Positions 21,472-35,700 of a DNA stretch of 64,000 nt are shown one piece after another. The notes below the pieces were generated by a model. It had not been told where the DNA came from and ran no database searches. It was given only the letters and a program-made list of their open reading frames with translations. The DNA is from Squalus acanthias (Eukaryota), in contig JASTWF010000033.1 in assembly GCA_030390025.1 (NCBI GenBank), positions 4,404,001-4,468,000 of the forward strand, in the 5' to 3' direction. Every line of letters begins with the position of its first letter. Positions within the stretch are counted from its first letter, which is position 1. The translations under genes and the position numbers were made by a program.

Positions 21472-24400
21472 GCTACAGGGGAGATGCCAGAGGACTGGAG
21501 GACAGCAAATGTAGTACCATTATTCAAGAAGTGTAGTAGGGATAAACCAGGGAATTACAGGCCAATGAGACTAACATGAGTGTTAGGGTAATTATTGGAA
21601 TATATTCTGAGGGGCAGAATTAGTCTCCACTTGAAGAGGCAAGGATTAATCAAGGATAGTCAGCACAGCTTTGCTAGTGGGAGATCATGTCTCACCAATT
21701 TGATTGACTTTTTCCAGGGGTTGACTAGGTGTGTGGATGAGGGTAGTGCAGTTGAAGGACAGAGGATCAGAGGGACCTTGGTGTGCATGTACATAGATCC
21801 CTGAAGGCAGCAGGACAGGTAGATAAGTTGGTTAAAAAGGCACATTGGATCCAAAATTGGTTTAGTGGCAGGAGGCAGACGGTGATGGTCGAAGGTTGTT
21901 TTTGTGACTGGAAGCCTCTGTCCAGTGGTGTACCGCAGGGATTGGTGCTGGGTCCTTTGCGGTTTGTAGTGTACATTAATGATTAGATATGAATGTAGGA
22001 GGTATGATCAGTAAGTTCGCAGATGACACGAAAATTGGTGTAGTGGTAAATAGCGAGGAGGGAAGCCTCAGGCTACAGGACGATATAGACAGGTTGGTTA
22101 GATGGGCAGAACAGTGGCAAATGGAATTTAACCCTGAAAATTGTGAGGTGATGCATTTCGGGAGGACTAACAAGGTAAGGGAATACACAATGAATGGTAG
22201 GACACTAGGAAGGACAGAGGATCAGAGGGACCTTGGTGTGCATGTACAGAGATCCCTGAAGGCAGCAGGACAGGTAGATAAGGTGGTTAAAAAGGCATAT
22301 GGGATACTTGCCTTCATTAACCGAGGCATAGAATATAAGAGCAGGGAGGTTATGATGGAGCTGTACAAAACGCTAGTTAGGCTACAGCTGGAATACTGTG
22401 TGCAGTTCTGGTCGCCACACTATAGGGAGGATGTAATTGCATTGGAGAGGGTGCAGAGGAGATTCACCAGGATGTTACCTGGGCTGGAGCGCTTCAGCTA
22501 TGAAGAGAGACTGGACAGGCTGGGGTTGTTTTCCTTCAAGCAGAGAAGGCTGAGGGGGGACCTGATTGAGGTGTACAAGATTATGAGGGGCATTGATAGG
22601 GTAGATAGAAAGGAACTTTTCCCCTTAGTAGAGGGGTCAATATCCAGGGGGCATAGTTTCAAGATAAGTGGCAGGAGGTTTAGAGGGGATTTGAGGAAAA
22701 ACTTTTTCACCCAGAGGGTGGTTGGAATCTGGAACTCACTGCCTGAAAGGGTGGTAGAGGTAGGAACCCTGACAACATTCAAGAAGCATTTAGATGAGGA
22801 CTTGAAATGCCATAGCATACAAGGCTACGGACCAAGTGCTGGAAAATGGGATTAGAATAGACATGGCTTGATGGCCGGCGCGCACACGATGGGCCGAAGG
22901 GCCTCTTTCTGTGCTGTATTGCTCTATGACTCCAATATGATTGAATTTTACATTAAGTTTGAGAGTGATGTAGTCCAATCTGAAATTAAGGTCTTCAATC
23001 TAAACAGAGGAAACTACAAGGTCATGAAGGACGAGTTGGCCATGGTAGATTGGGAGACTACACTAAAAGGTATGAAGGTGGACATACAATGGCTAACATT
23101 CAAGGAAATGCTGCATAATTTGCAACAAACATACATTTCTCTAGGGCATAAAAACCCAAAAGGAAAAGTGATCCAACCATGGCTAACGAAAGAAATTAAA
23201 GCTAGTATTAAATCAAAGGAGGAAGCTTATAAAGTTGCCAGAAAAAGCAGTCAGCCTGAGGATTGGGATCATTTTAGAAATCAGCAAAGGGGGACGAAGA
23301 AATTGATAAAGAAAGGGAAAATGGAATATGAGCACAAGCTAGCGAAAATTATAAAAACGGATTGTCAAAGCTTCTATAGGTATGTGAAAAGGAAAAGATT
23401 GGCGAAGGTAAATGTAGGTCCTTTACATTCAGAGACGAGAGAATTTATAATGGGGAATGAGGAAATGGCTGAGAAATTAAATAAATACTTTGTTTCTGTC
23501 TTCAGGGAGGAGGACACAAAAAACCTCCCAGAAATACGAGAAAAGCAAGGGTGTGACGAGAATGAAGAACTTAAAGAAATAATTGGTAAAAAAAAAACAG
23601 TACTAGTAAAATTAATGGGACTAAAACTCAATAAATCTCAATGACCGGATGACCTACATCATAGGGTTTTGAAAGAGGTGGCCATTGGAATAGTGGACGC
23701 ATTGGTTGTCATCTTTGAGGATGTAACTAGTGGAGTAGTCAAAGGGCAACCGGTAGATGTGGTGTATTTGGGTTTTCAGAAGGCCTTCAATAAGGTCCCA
23801 CACAAGAGGTTGGTGAACAAAATTAGGGCACATGGAATTGGGGATAATAAACTAGCATGGATTGAGAATTGGTTAACAGACAGAAAACAAAGAGTAGGGA
23901 TAAATGGGTCTTTTTCAGGATGGCAGGCTGTGACTAGTGGGGTACCGCAAGGATCGGTGCTTGGGCGCCAGCTATTCATAATCTATATCAATGATTTGGA
24001 TGAGGGGCTAAATGTAACATTTATAAATTTGCTGATGATACAAAGCTAGGTGACAGTGTCAGTTGTGAAGAGGATGTGAAGAGGCTTCAAGGGGATCTCG
24101 ACAGGCGCAGTGAGTGGGTGAGAACATGGCAGTTGGAATATAATGTGGATAAATGTGAAGTTATCCACTTTGGTAGAGAAAACAGAAAGGCAGAGTATTT
24201 CCTAAATGGTGAAAGATTGGGGAATGCAGATGTTCAAAGGGACCTGGGTGTCCTTGTTTATGAGTCACTGAAAGTGAATGTGCAGGTGCAGCAAGCCATT
24301 AGGAAGGCAAATGGTATGCTGGCCTTCATTACAAGAGAATTTGAGTACAAGAATAAAGAAGTCTTACTCCAATTATATAGGGCCTTGGTGAGACCACACC

Positions 24401-26771
24401 TGGAGTACTGTGTACAATTTTGGTCTCCTTACCTAAGGAAGGATATACTTGCCATAGTGGGAGTACAACGAAGGTTCAGGAGAGTGATTCCTGGGATGGC
24501 GGGACTGTTGTATGAGAAGAGATTGAGTAAACTAGGCCTGTATTCTCTTGAATTCAGAAGAATGAGAGGGGATCTCATTGAAGCATACAAAATTATTACA
24601 GGGCTTGATAGGGTGGATACTGGGAGAATGTTTCCCTTGGCTGGGGAGTCTAGAATCAGGGGCCACAGCCTCAGGATAAAGGGTAGGCCATTCAGGACTG
24701 AGATGAGAAGAAATTTCTTCAGAGGTTGGTGAATCTTTGGAATTCTCTACCCCGGAGGCTCAGTCATTGGGTATATTCAAAACAGAAGTCGATAGATTTC
24801 TGACTAGTAAGGGCATCAAGGGACATGTCGATAGGGCCGGTGAATGGAGGTGAGGCAGAAGATCAGCAATGATCGCATTGAATGGCGGAGCAGGCTCGAA
24901 GGGCCGAATGGCCTACTCCTGCTCCTATTTCTTTTGTTCTTATGCCTAGCACAAAGGAAGATGGTTGTGGTGGTTGCAGGTCCAGGACATCGCTGCAGGA
25001 GTTCCTCAGGGCAGTGTCCTAGGCCCAACAATCTTCAGCGGCTTCATCAATGACCTTCCCTCCAACATAAGGTCAGAAGTGGGGGTGTTCGCTTCTGACT
25101 GCAGTGTCCAGCGCCACTCAACTCCTAAGATAATGAAGCAGTCCATGCCGGCATGCAGCAAGACCTGGACGACGTTCAGGCTTGGGCTGATAAGTGGCAG
25201 GTAACATTTGCTCCACACAAATGCCAGGCAATGACTACCTCCAACATGCGGGAGTCTAACCACCTCCCCTGGACATTCAATGGCATTACCATCGCCGAAT
25301 CCACCACCATCAATATGCTGCGGATCACCATTGAACAGAAACTTAACTGGACCAGCCACATAAATACTGTGGCAACAAGAGCAGGTCAGAGGCTAGGTAT
25401 TCTGCGGTGAGTGTCTCATCTCCTGACTCTCCAAAGCCTTTCCACCATCTACAAGTCACAAGTAAGGAGTGTGATGGAATACACTGCACCTGCCTGGATG
25501 AGTGCAGCTCCAACAACACTCAAGAAGCTCGACACCATACAGGACAAATCAGCCTGCTTGATTGGCACCCCATCCACCACCTTAAACAATCACTCCCTCC
25601 ACCACCGGCGCACCTTTGCTGCAAGATACACTGCACCAACTTGTCAAGGCTTCTTCGGCAGCCCCTCCCAAACCCATGACCTCTTCCACCTAGAAGGACA
25701 AGGTCTGCAGGCGCATGGGAACACCATCACCTCAAAGTTTCCCTCCGAGTCACACACCATCCTGACTTGGGAAGTATATCGTCGATTGTTCATCGTCGCT
25801 GGCTCAAAATCCTGGAACTCCCTCCCTAACAGCACTGTGGGAGTACCTTCACCAAACGAACTGCAGCAGTTCAAGATGGCGGCTCACCACCACCTTCTCA
25901 AGGGCAATTAGGGATGTGCAATAAATGCTGGCCTTGCCAGCGACGCCCAGATCCCATAAACGAATTTTAAAAAAGCAGCAAACGCTTTTGCTTTGCTTCT
26001 GACTGCAAATTTCAGGCTATTAAAATATATTTTTAAATGATTTCAACATTCCCTTACATTTAAAATGAGTTTAGGTTATTTTTAGCCCCTTTAAAAATGT
26101 TTACATTTATTTTTCAAAAAATTAAATTTTTGTATAAATGTTTAATTAAATTGTATTTTAATTAATTCTTGAACATGTGATGATTTTTTTATTTCAATGT
26201 TGTGAAAATGTTACTTTTTTTTAGCGGAATCCTATTATGCATATGCCGATTCCGTATATAAATGAATCCCCATTTGCATCTTAGGAATCGCTTTGTGATT
26301 AGTTGAGCTGTCCCATGTGAGCCCAGGGATTCTAGCGATCCGCACGCCCCCTGGGATACTTGAGCCCTTACGCAGGCCGACGCATGCAGGCCCACGACTG
26401 GAAGAGTCTGAAGCTCCGGTGGCACCATGGAGGTGCGGAGTTTTCTTGCGGTTCTAAGGATTTCGCCCGTAGCAAGCCTCCGAAAGCAATTTCCAGGCCA
26501 ATGTTTATTTAAACCATTACACTGTTAAAGGCGGGTCCTAGGCCTGCTTTTACCAGGCATAAGAGTTTCATGGGCATTCGCTCGCCAACTCTATGCGAAC
26601 AAATGTCCATTTCTAACAGATGGGTACGATCTGTCAAGCAAAATATTGGGGATCGCAAGTTCTGGTTTTTCGTGAATGCAAATAACTGGGCCATTGTCTT
26701 TTCCTCAAATACCTCCAAGGATTAATGTTCCACTGTGGGAACATCTGTAAATCTTCTGTGCAGAAAATTTA

Positions 26772-29700
26772 ACAGTGTATCAGGATCCTGCCAGGTGTGC
26801 ATGGGGTTTCACAGTGTATCAGGATCCTGCCAGGTGTGTATGCGGTTTCACAGTGTATCAGGATCCTGCCAGGTGTGTATGGGGTTTCACAGTGTAGCAG
26901 GATCCTACCAGGTGTGTATGGGGTTTCACAGTGTATCATGAACCTGCCAGGTGTGTATGGGGTTTCACAGTGTATCAGGACCCTGCCAGGTGTGTATGGG
27001 GTTTCACAGTTTATCAGGATACTGGCAGGTGTGTATGGGGTTTCACAGTGTATCCGAATCCTGTCAGGTGTGTATGGGGTTTCACAGTGTATCAGTATCC
27101 TGCCAGGTGTATATTGGTTTTCACAGTGTATCAGGATCCTGCCAGGTGTGTTTCGGGTTTCACAGTGTATCAGGATGCTGCCAGGTGTGTATGGGGTTTC
27201 ACAGAGTATCAGGATCCTGCCAGGGGTGCATGGGGTCTCACAGTTTATCAGGATCCTGCCAGGTGTGTATGGGGTTTCACAGTGTATCCGAATCCTGTCA
27301 GGTGTGTATGGGGTTTCACAGTGTATCAGGATCCTGCCAGGTGTGTATGGGGTTTCACAGTGTATCAGGATCCTGCCAGGTGTGTATGGGGTTTCAGTGT
27401 ATCAGGATGCTGCCAGGTGTGTATGGGGTTTCACAGAGTATCAGGATCCTGCCAGGGGTGCATGGGGTCTCACAGTTTATCAGGATCCTGCCAGGTGTGT
27501 ATGGGGTTTCACAGTGTATCAGGATCCTGCCAGGTGTGTATGGGGTTTCACAGTGTATCAGGATCCTACCAGGTGTGTAGGGGCTTTCACAGTGTATCAG
27601 GATACTGCCAAGTGTGTATGGGGGTTCACAGTGTATCAGGATCCTGCCAGGTGTGTATGGGGTTTCACAGTTTATCAGGATACTGGCAGGTGTGTATGGG
27701 GTTTCAGTGTATCAGGATCCTGCCAGGTGTGTATGGGGTTTCACAGTGTATCTGGATCCTGTCAGGTGTATATTGGGTTTCACAGTGTATCAGGATCCTG
27801 CCAGGTGTGTATAGGGGTTCACAATGTATCTGGATCCTGCCAGGTGTGTATGGGGTTTCACAGTGTATCGGGATCCTGCCAGGTGTGTATGGTGTTTCAC
27901 AGTGTATCCGAATCCTGTCAGGTGTGTATGGGGTTTCACAGTGTATCAGGATCCTGCCAGGTGTGTATGGGGTTTCAGTGTATCAGGATCCTGCCAGGTG
28001 TGTATGGGGTTTCACAGTGTATCAGGATCCTGCCTGGTGTGTATGGGGTTTCACAGTTTATCAGGATCCTGCCAGGTGTGTATGGGGTTTCACAGTGTAT
28101 CAGGATTCTGCCAGGTGTGTATGGGGTTTCACAGTGTATCAGGATCCTACCAGGTGTGTAGGGGCTTTCACAGTGTATCAGGATACTGCCAAGTGTGTAT
28201 GGAGTTTCACAGTTTATCAGGATCCTGCCAGGTATGTATGGGGTTTCACAGTGTATCAGGATCCTACCAGGTATGTATGGGGTTTCACAGTGTAACAGGA
28301 TCCTACCAGCTGTGTATGGGGGTTCACAGTGTATCAGGATCCAGCCAGGTGCGTATGGGGTTTCACAGTTTAACAGGATACTGGCAGGTGTGTATGGGGT
28401 TTCAGTGTATCAGGATCCTGCCAGGTGTGTATGGGGTTTCACAGTGTATCTGGATCCTGTCAGGTGTATATTGGGTTTCACAGTGTATCACGATCCTGCC
28501 AGGTGTGTATGGGGGTTCACAATGTATCTGGATCCTGTCAGGTGTGTATGGAGTTTCACAGTGTATCAGGGTCCTGCCAGGTGTGTATGGGGTTTCACAG
28601 TGTATCAGGATCCTGCCAGGTGTGTATGGGGTTTCAGTGTATCAGGCTCCTGCCAGGTGTGTATGGTGTTTCACAGTGTATCAGGATCCTGCCAGGTGTG
28701 TATGGGGGTTCACAGTGTAACAGGATCCTGCCAGGTTTGTATGGGGTTTCACAGTGTATCGGGATTTTACCAGGTGTGTATGGGGTTTCACAATGTATCA
28801 GGATCCTGCCAGATGTGTATGGGGTTTCGCAGTGTATCAGGCTCCTGTCAGGTGTGTATGGGGTTTCACAGTGTATCGGGATCCTGCCAGGTGTTTATGG
28901 GGTTTCACAGTTTATCAGTATCCTGCCAGGTGTGTATGGAGTTTCACAGTGTATCAGGCTCCTGCCAGGTGTGTATGGGGTTTCACAGTGTATCAGGATC
29001 CTGACAGGCGTGTATGGGGTTTCAGTGTATCAGGATCCTGCCAGGTGTATATGGGTTTTCACAGTGTATCAGGATCCTGCCAGGTGTGTATGGGGTATCA
29101 CAGTGTGTCAGAATCCTGCGAGGTGTGTATGGGGTTTCACAGTGTATCAGGATCCTGCCAGGTGTGTAGGGGCTTTCACAGTGTATCAGGGTACTGCCAG
29201 GTGTGTATGGGGTTTCACAGTGTATCAGGATCCTGCCAGGTGTGTATGGGGTTTCGCAGTGTATCAGGCTCCTGCCAGGTGTGTAGGGGCTTTCACCGTG
29301 TATCAGGATCCTGCCAGGTGTGTATGGGGTTTCACAGTGTAACAGGATCCTGCCAGGTTTGTATGGGGTTTCAGAATGTATCGGGATTTTGCCTGGTGTG
29401 TATGGGGTTCACAGTGTATCGGGATCCTGCCAGGTGTATATTGGGTTTCACAGTGTATCAGGATCCCGCCAGGTGTGTATGGGGGTTAACAGTGTATCAG
29501 GATCCTGTCAGGTGTGTATGGGGTTTAACAGTGTATCGGGATCCTGCCAGGTGTTTATGGGGTTTCACAGTTTATCAGTATCCTGCCAGGTGTGTATGGG
29601 GTTTCACAATGTATCAGGATCCTGCCAGGTGTGTATGGGGTTTCACACTCTATCAGGATCCTGCCAGGTGTGTATGGGGTTTCACAGTGTATCAGGATCC

Positions 29701-32700
29701 TGCCAGGTGTGTATGGGGTTTCACAGTGTATCAGGATCCTGCCAGGTGTGTATGGGGTTTCAGAGTGTATCAGGCTCCGGCCAGGTGTGTATGGGGTTTC
29801 ACAGTGTATCAGGATCCTGCCAGGCGTGTATGGGGTTTCAGTGTATCAGGATCCTGCCAGGTGTATATGGGGTTTCACAGTGTATCAGGATCCTGCCAGG
29901 TGTGTATGGGGTTTCACAGTGTGTCAGAATCCTGCCAGGTGTGTATGGGTTTTCACAGTGTATCAGGATCCTGCCAGGTGTGTAGGGGCTTTCACAGTGT
30001 ATCAGGGTACTGCCAGGTGTGTATGGGGTTTCACAGTGTATCAGGATCCTGCCAGGTGTGTATGGGGTTTCACAGTGTATCAGGCTCCTGCCAGGTGTGT
30101 AGGGGCTTTCACAGTGTATCAGGATCCTGCCAGGTGTGTATGGGGTTTCACAGTGTAACAGGATCCTGCCAGGTTTGTATGGGGTTTCAGAATGTATCGG
30201 GATTTTGCCTGGTGTGTATGGGGTTCACAGTGTATCGGGATCCTGCCAGGTGTATACGGGGTTTCATAGTGTATCAGGATCCTGCCAGGTGTATATGGGG
30301 TTTCACAGTGTATCAGGATCCTGTCAGGTGTGTATGGGGTTTCACAGTGTATCGGGATCCTGCCAGGTGTGTATGGTGTTTCACAGTGTATCCGAATCCT
30401 GTCAGGTGTGTATGGGGTTTCACGGTGTATCAGTATCCTGCCAGGTGTGTATGGGGTTTCACAGTGTATCAGGATCCTCGCAGGTGTGTATGGGGTTTCA
30501 CAGTGTATCAGGATCCTGCCAGGTGTGTATGGGGTTTCACAGTGTATCAGGATCCTGCCAGGTGTGTATGGGGTTTCACAGTGTATCAGGATCCTGCCAG
30601 GTGTGTATGGGGTTTCACAGTGTATCATAATCCTGCCAGGTGTGTATGGGGTTTCACAGTGTATCAGGATCCTGCCCGGTGGGTTTGTGGTTTCACAGTG
30701 TATCAGGATCCTGCCAGGTGTGTATGGGGTTTCACAGTGTATCAGGATCCTGCCAGGTGTGTATGGGGTTTCACAGTGTATCAGGATCCTGCCAGGTGTG
30801 TATGGGGTTTCAGTGTATCAGGATCCTGCTAGGTGTGTATGGGGTTTCACAGTGTATCAGGATCCTGCCATGTGTGCATGGGGTTTCACAGTTTATCAGG
30901 ATCCTGCCAGGTGTGTATGGGGTTTCACAGTGTATGTGGATCCTGCCAGGTGTGTATGGGGTTTTACAGTGTATCAGGATCCTACCAGGTGTGTAGGGGC
31001 TTTCACAGTGTATCAGGATACTGCCAAGTGTGTATGGGGTTTCACAGTGTATCAGGATCCTGCCAGGTGTTTATGGGGTTTCACAGTGTATCAGGACCCT
31101 TCCAGGTGTGTATGGGGTTTTACAGTGTATCAGGATCCTGCCAGGTGTGTATGGGGTTTCAGTGTATCAGGATACTGCCAGGTGTGTATGGGGGTTCACA
31201 GTGTATCAGGATCCTGCCAGGTGTGTACGGGGTTTCACAGTTTATCAGGATACTGGCAGGTGTGTAATGGGTTTCAGTGTATCAGGATCCTGCCAGGTGT
31301 GTATGCTGTTTCACATTGTATCTGGATCCTGTCAGGTGTATATTGGGTTTCACAGTGTATCAGGATCCTGCCAGGTGTGTATGGGGGTTCACAATGTATC
31401 TGGATCCTGTCAGGTGTGTATGGAGTTTCACAGTGTATCAGGGTCCTGCCAGGTGTGTATGGGGTTTCACAGTGTATCAGGATCCTGCCAGGTGTGTATG
31501 GGGTTTCACAGTGTATCAGGATCCTGCCAGGTGTGTATGGGGGTTCACAGTGTAACAGGATCCTGCCAGGTTTGTATGGGGTTTCACAGTGTATCGGGAT
31601 TTTGCCAGGTGTGTATGGGGTTTCACAGTGTATCAGGATCTTGCCAGGTGTGTATGGGGTTTCACAGTGTATCAGGCTCCTGTCAGGTGTGTATGGGGTT
31701 TCACAGTGTATCGGGATCCTGCCAGGTGTGTATGGGGTTTCACAGTGCATCCGAATTCAGTCAGGTGTGTATGGGGTTTCACAGTGTATCAGTATCCTGC
31801 CAGGTGTGTATGGGGTTTCAGTGTATCAGGATCCTGCCAGGTCTATATGGGGTTTCACAGTGTATCAGGATCCTGCCAGGTGTGTATGGGGTATCGCAGT
31901 GTGTCAGAATCCTGCCAAGTGTGTAGGGGCTTTCACAGTGTATCAGGAATCTGCCAGGTGTGTATGGGGTTTCACAGTGTAACAGGATCCTGCCAGGTTT
32001 GTATGGGGTTTCAGAATGTATCCGGATTTTGCCAGGTGTATATTGGGTTTCACAGTGTATCAGGATCCTGCCAGGTGTGTATGGGGGTTCACAGTGTATC
32101 TGGATCCTGTCAGGTGTGTATGGAGTTTCACAGTGTATCACGGTCCGGCCAGGTTTGTATGGGGTTTCACAGTGTATCAGGATCCTGCCAGGTGTGTATG
32201 GGGTTTCACAGTGTATCAGGATCCTGCCAGGTGTGTATGGGGTTTCACAATGTATCGGGATCGTGCCAGGTGTGTGTGGGGTTTCAGTGTATCAGGATCC
32301 TGCCAGGTGTGTATGGGGTTTCACAGTAAATCGGGATCCTGTCAGTTGTATATGGGGTTTCACAGTGTATCAGTATCCTGCCAGGTGTGTATGGGGTTTC
32401 ACATTGTATCGGGATCCTGCCAGGTGTGTATGGGGTTTAACAGTGTATCAGGATCCTGCCAGGTGTGTATGGGGTTTCACAGTGTATCAGGATCCTGCCA
32501 GGTGTGTATGGGGTTTTACAGTGTATCAGGATCCTGCCAGGTGTGTATGGGGTTTCAGTGTATCAGGATCCTGCCAGGTGTGTATGGGGTTTCACAGTGT
32601 ATCAGGATCCTGCCAGGTGTGTATGGGGTTTCAGTGTATCAGGCTCCTGCCAGGTGTGTATGGTGTTTCACAGTGTATCAGGATCCTGCCAGGTGTGTAT

Positions 32701-35700
32701 GGGGGTTCACAGTGTAACAGGATCCTGCCAGGTTTGTATGGGGTTTCACAGTGTATCGGGATTTTACCAGGTGTGTATGGGGTTTCACAATGTATCAGGA
32801 TCCTGCCAGGTGTGTATGGGGTTTCGCAGTGTATCAGGCTCCTGTCAGGTGTGTATGGGGTTTCACAGTGTATCGGGATCCTGCCAGGTGTTTATGGGGT
32901 TTCACAGTTTATCAGTATCCTGCCAGGTGTGTATGGAGTTTCACAGTGTATCAGGCTCCTGCCAGGTGTGTATGGGGTTTCACAGTGTATCAGGATCCTG
33001 ACAGGCGTGTATGGGGTTTCAGTGTATCAGGATCCTGCCAGGTGTATATGGGTTTTCACAGTGTATCAGGATCCTGCCAGGTGTGTATGGGGTATCACAG
33101 TGTGTCAGAATCCTGCCAGGTGTGTATGGGGTTTCACAGTGTATCAGGATCCTGCCAGGTGTGTAGGGGCTTTCACAGTGTATCAGGGTACTGCCAGGTG
33201 TGTATGGGGTTTCACAGTGTATCAGGATCCTGCCAGGTGTGTATGGGGTTTCGCAGTGTATCAGGCTCCTGCCAGGTGTGTAGGGGCTTTCACCGTGTAT
33301 CAGGATCCTGCCAGGTGTGTATGGGGTTTCACAGTGTAACAGGATCCTGCCAGGTTTGTATGGGGTTTCAGAATGTATCGGGATTTTGCCTGGTGTGTAT
33401 GGGGTTCACAGTGTATCGGGATCCTGCCAGGTGTATATTGGGTTTCACAGTGTATCAGGATCCCGCCAGGTGTGTATGGGGGTTAACAGTGTATCAGGAT
33501 CCTGTCAGGTGTGTATGGGGTTTCACAGTGTATCGGGATCCTGCCAGGTGTTTATGGGGTTTCACAGTTTATCAGTATCCTGCCAGGTGTGTATGGGGTT
33601 TCACAATGTATCAGGATCCTGCCAGGTGTGTATGGGGTTTCACACTCTATCAGGATCCTGCCAGGTGTGTATGGGGTTTCACAGTGTATCAGGATCCTGC
33701 CAGGTGTGTATGGGGTTTCACAGTGTATCAGGATCCTGCCAGGTGTGTATGGGGTTTCAGAGTGTATCAGGCTCCGGCCAGGTGTGTATGGGGTTTCACA
33801 GTGTATCAGGATCCTGCCAGGCGTGTATGGGGTTTCAGTGTATCAGGATCCTGCCAGGTGTATATGGGGTTTCACAGTGTATCAGGATCCTGCCAGGTGT
33901 GTATGGGGTTTCACAGTGTGTCAGAATCCTGCCAGGTGTGTATGGGTTTTCACAGTGTATCAGGATCCTGCCAGGTGTGTAGGGGCTTTCACAGTGTATC
34001 AGGGTACTGCCAGGTGTGTATGGGGTTTCACAGTGTATCAGGATCCTGCCAGGTGTGTATGGGGTTTCACAGTGTATCAGGCTCCTGCCAGGTGTGTAGG
34101 GGCTTTCACAGTGTATCAGGATCCAGCCAGGTGTGTATGGAGTTTCACAGTGTAACAGGATCCTGCCAGGTTTGTATGGGGTTTCAGAATGTATCGGGAT
34201 TTTGCCTGGTGTGTATGGGGTTCACAGTGTATCGGGATCCTGCCAGGTGTATACGGGGTTTCATAGTGTATCAGGATCCTGCCAGGTGTATATGGGGTTT
34301 CACAGTGTATCAGGATCCTGTCAGGTGTGTATGGGGTTTCACAGTGTATCGGGATCCTGCCAGGTGTGTATGGTGTTTCACAGTGTATCCGAATCCTGCC
34401 AGGTGTGTATGGGGTTTCACGGTGTATCAGTATCCTGCCAGGTGTGTATGGGGTTTCACAGTGTATCAGGATCCTCGCAGGTGTGTATGGGGTTTCACAG
34501 TGTATCAGGATCCTGCCAGGTGTGTATGGGGTTTCACAGTGTATCAGGATCCTGCCAGGTGTGTATGGGGTTTCACAGTGTATCAGGATCCTGCCAGGTG
34601 TGTATGGGGTTTCACAGTGTATCATAATCCTGCCAGGTGTGTATGGGGTTTCACAGTGTATCAGGATCCTGCCCGGTGGGTTTGTGGTTTCACAGTGTAT
34701 CAGGATCCTGCCAGGTGTGTATGGGGTTTCACAGTGTATCAGGATCCTGCCAGGTGTGTATGGGGTTTCACAGTGTATCAGGATCCTGCCAGGTGTGTAT
34801 GGGGTTTCAGTGTATCAGGATCCTGCTAGGTGTGTATGGGGTTTCACAGTGTATCAGGATCCTGCCAGGTGTGCATGGGGTTTCACAGTTTATCAGGATC
34901 CTGCCAGGTGTGTATGGGGTTTCACAGTGTATGTGGATCCTGCCAGGTGTGTATGGGGTTTTACAGTGTATCAGGATCCTACCAGGTGTGTAGGGGCTTT
35001 CACAGTGTATCAGGATACTGCCAAGTGTGTATGGGGTTTCACAGTGTATCAGGATCCTGCCAGGTGTTTATGGGGTTTCACAGTGTATCAGGACCCTGCC
35101 AGGTGTGTATGGGGTTTTACAGTGTATCAGGATCCTGCCAGGTGTGTATGGGGTTTCAGTGTATCAGGATACTGCCAGGTGTGTATGGGGGTTCACAGTG
35201 TATCAGGATCCTGCTAGGTGTGTACGGGGTTTCACAGTTTATCAGGATACTGGCAGGTGTGTAATGGGTTTCAGTGTATCAGGATCCTGCCAGGTGTGTA
35301 TGCTGTTTCACATTGTATCTGGATCCTGTCAGGTGTATATTGGGTTTCACAGTGTATCAGGATCCTGCCAGGTGTGTATGGGGGTTCACAATGTATCTGG
35401 ATCCTGTCAGGTGTGTATGGAGTTTCACAGTGTATCAGGGTCCTGCCAGGTGTGTATGGGGTTTCACAGTGTATCAGGATCCTGCCAGGTGTGTATGGGG
35501 TTTCACAGTGTATCAGGATCCTGCCAGGTGTGTATGGGGGTTCACAGTGTAACAGGATCCTGCCAGGTTTGTATGGGGTTTCACAGTGTATCGGGATTTT
35601 GCCAGGTGTGTATGGGGTTTCACAGTGTATCAGGATCTTGCCAGGTGTGTATGGGGTTTCACAGTGTATCAGGCTCCTGTCAGGTGTGTATGGGGTTTCA

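Larger units (their letters stand above)
18422..22933 (+). mobile_element. CR1-B LINE (5'-truncated ORF2) inserted into CR1-A
   Basis: Short duplication AATATG at 18416-18421 and 22934-22939; APE (VGDLNFP), RT (KFADD; 288-aa C-terminal ORF 21989-22855); ctctatgactc tail. Confidence 0.9.
16792..24942 (+). mobile_element. CR1-A LINE (ORF1 esterase plus ORF2); pieces 16792-18421 and 22934-24942
   Basis: APE domain breaks at cataatatg (18421) and resumes at caatatgattgaatttt (22934); RT motifs at 23669-24732; ttcttttgttcttatg tail. Confidence 0.9.
16350..25974 (+). mobile_element. Outer LINE of the nest (clade uncertain, distinct from CR1-A/B); pieces 16350-16791 and ~24943-25974
   Basis: HPISLLSIISKVMEG...QFGFRQDHS...ALDIKASFDRV...GIRG stops at 16791 and resumes ...[35 protein letters not shown]; ends AATAAA...A-tract. 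Confidence 0.85.
15631..26016. mobile_element. Putative non-autonomous DNA element (MITE-like) split by the LINE nest; parts 15631-~16345 and ~25975-26016
   Basis: Terminal inverted repeats CCCAGAATTTGCGGTCGGA (15631) and the reverse complement of 25998-26016, CCTGAAATTTGCAGTCAGA: 14/19 identical, all mismatches transitions. AT-rich interior. Confidence 0.4.

Noticed and set aside
23700..23725. Jump from IVDALVVIF to EDVTSG in CR1-A RT
   Set aside because: Ordinary ~250-bp internal deletion relative to the copy at 11628-11881.
26017..26740. Further MITE-like fragments (possible terminus gcaatttccaggcc near 26499)
   Set aside because: Only one putative end is visible, so boundaries and family cannot be supported without a repeat library.
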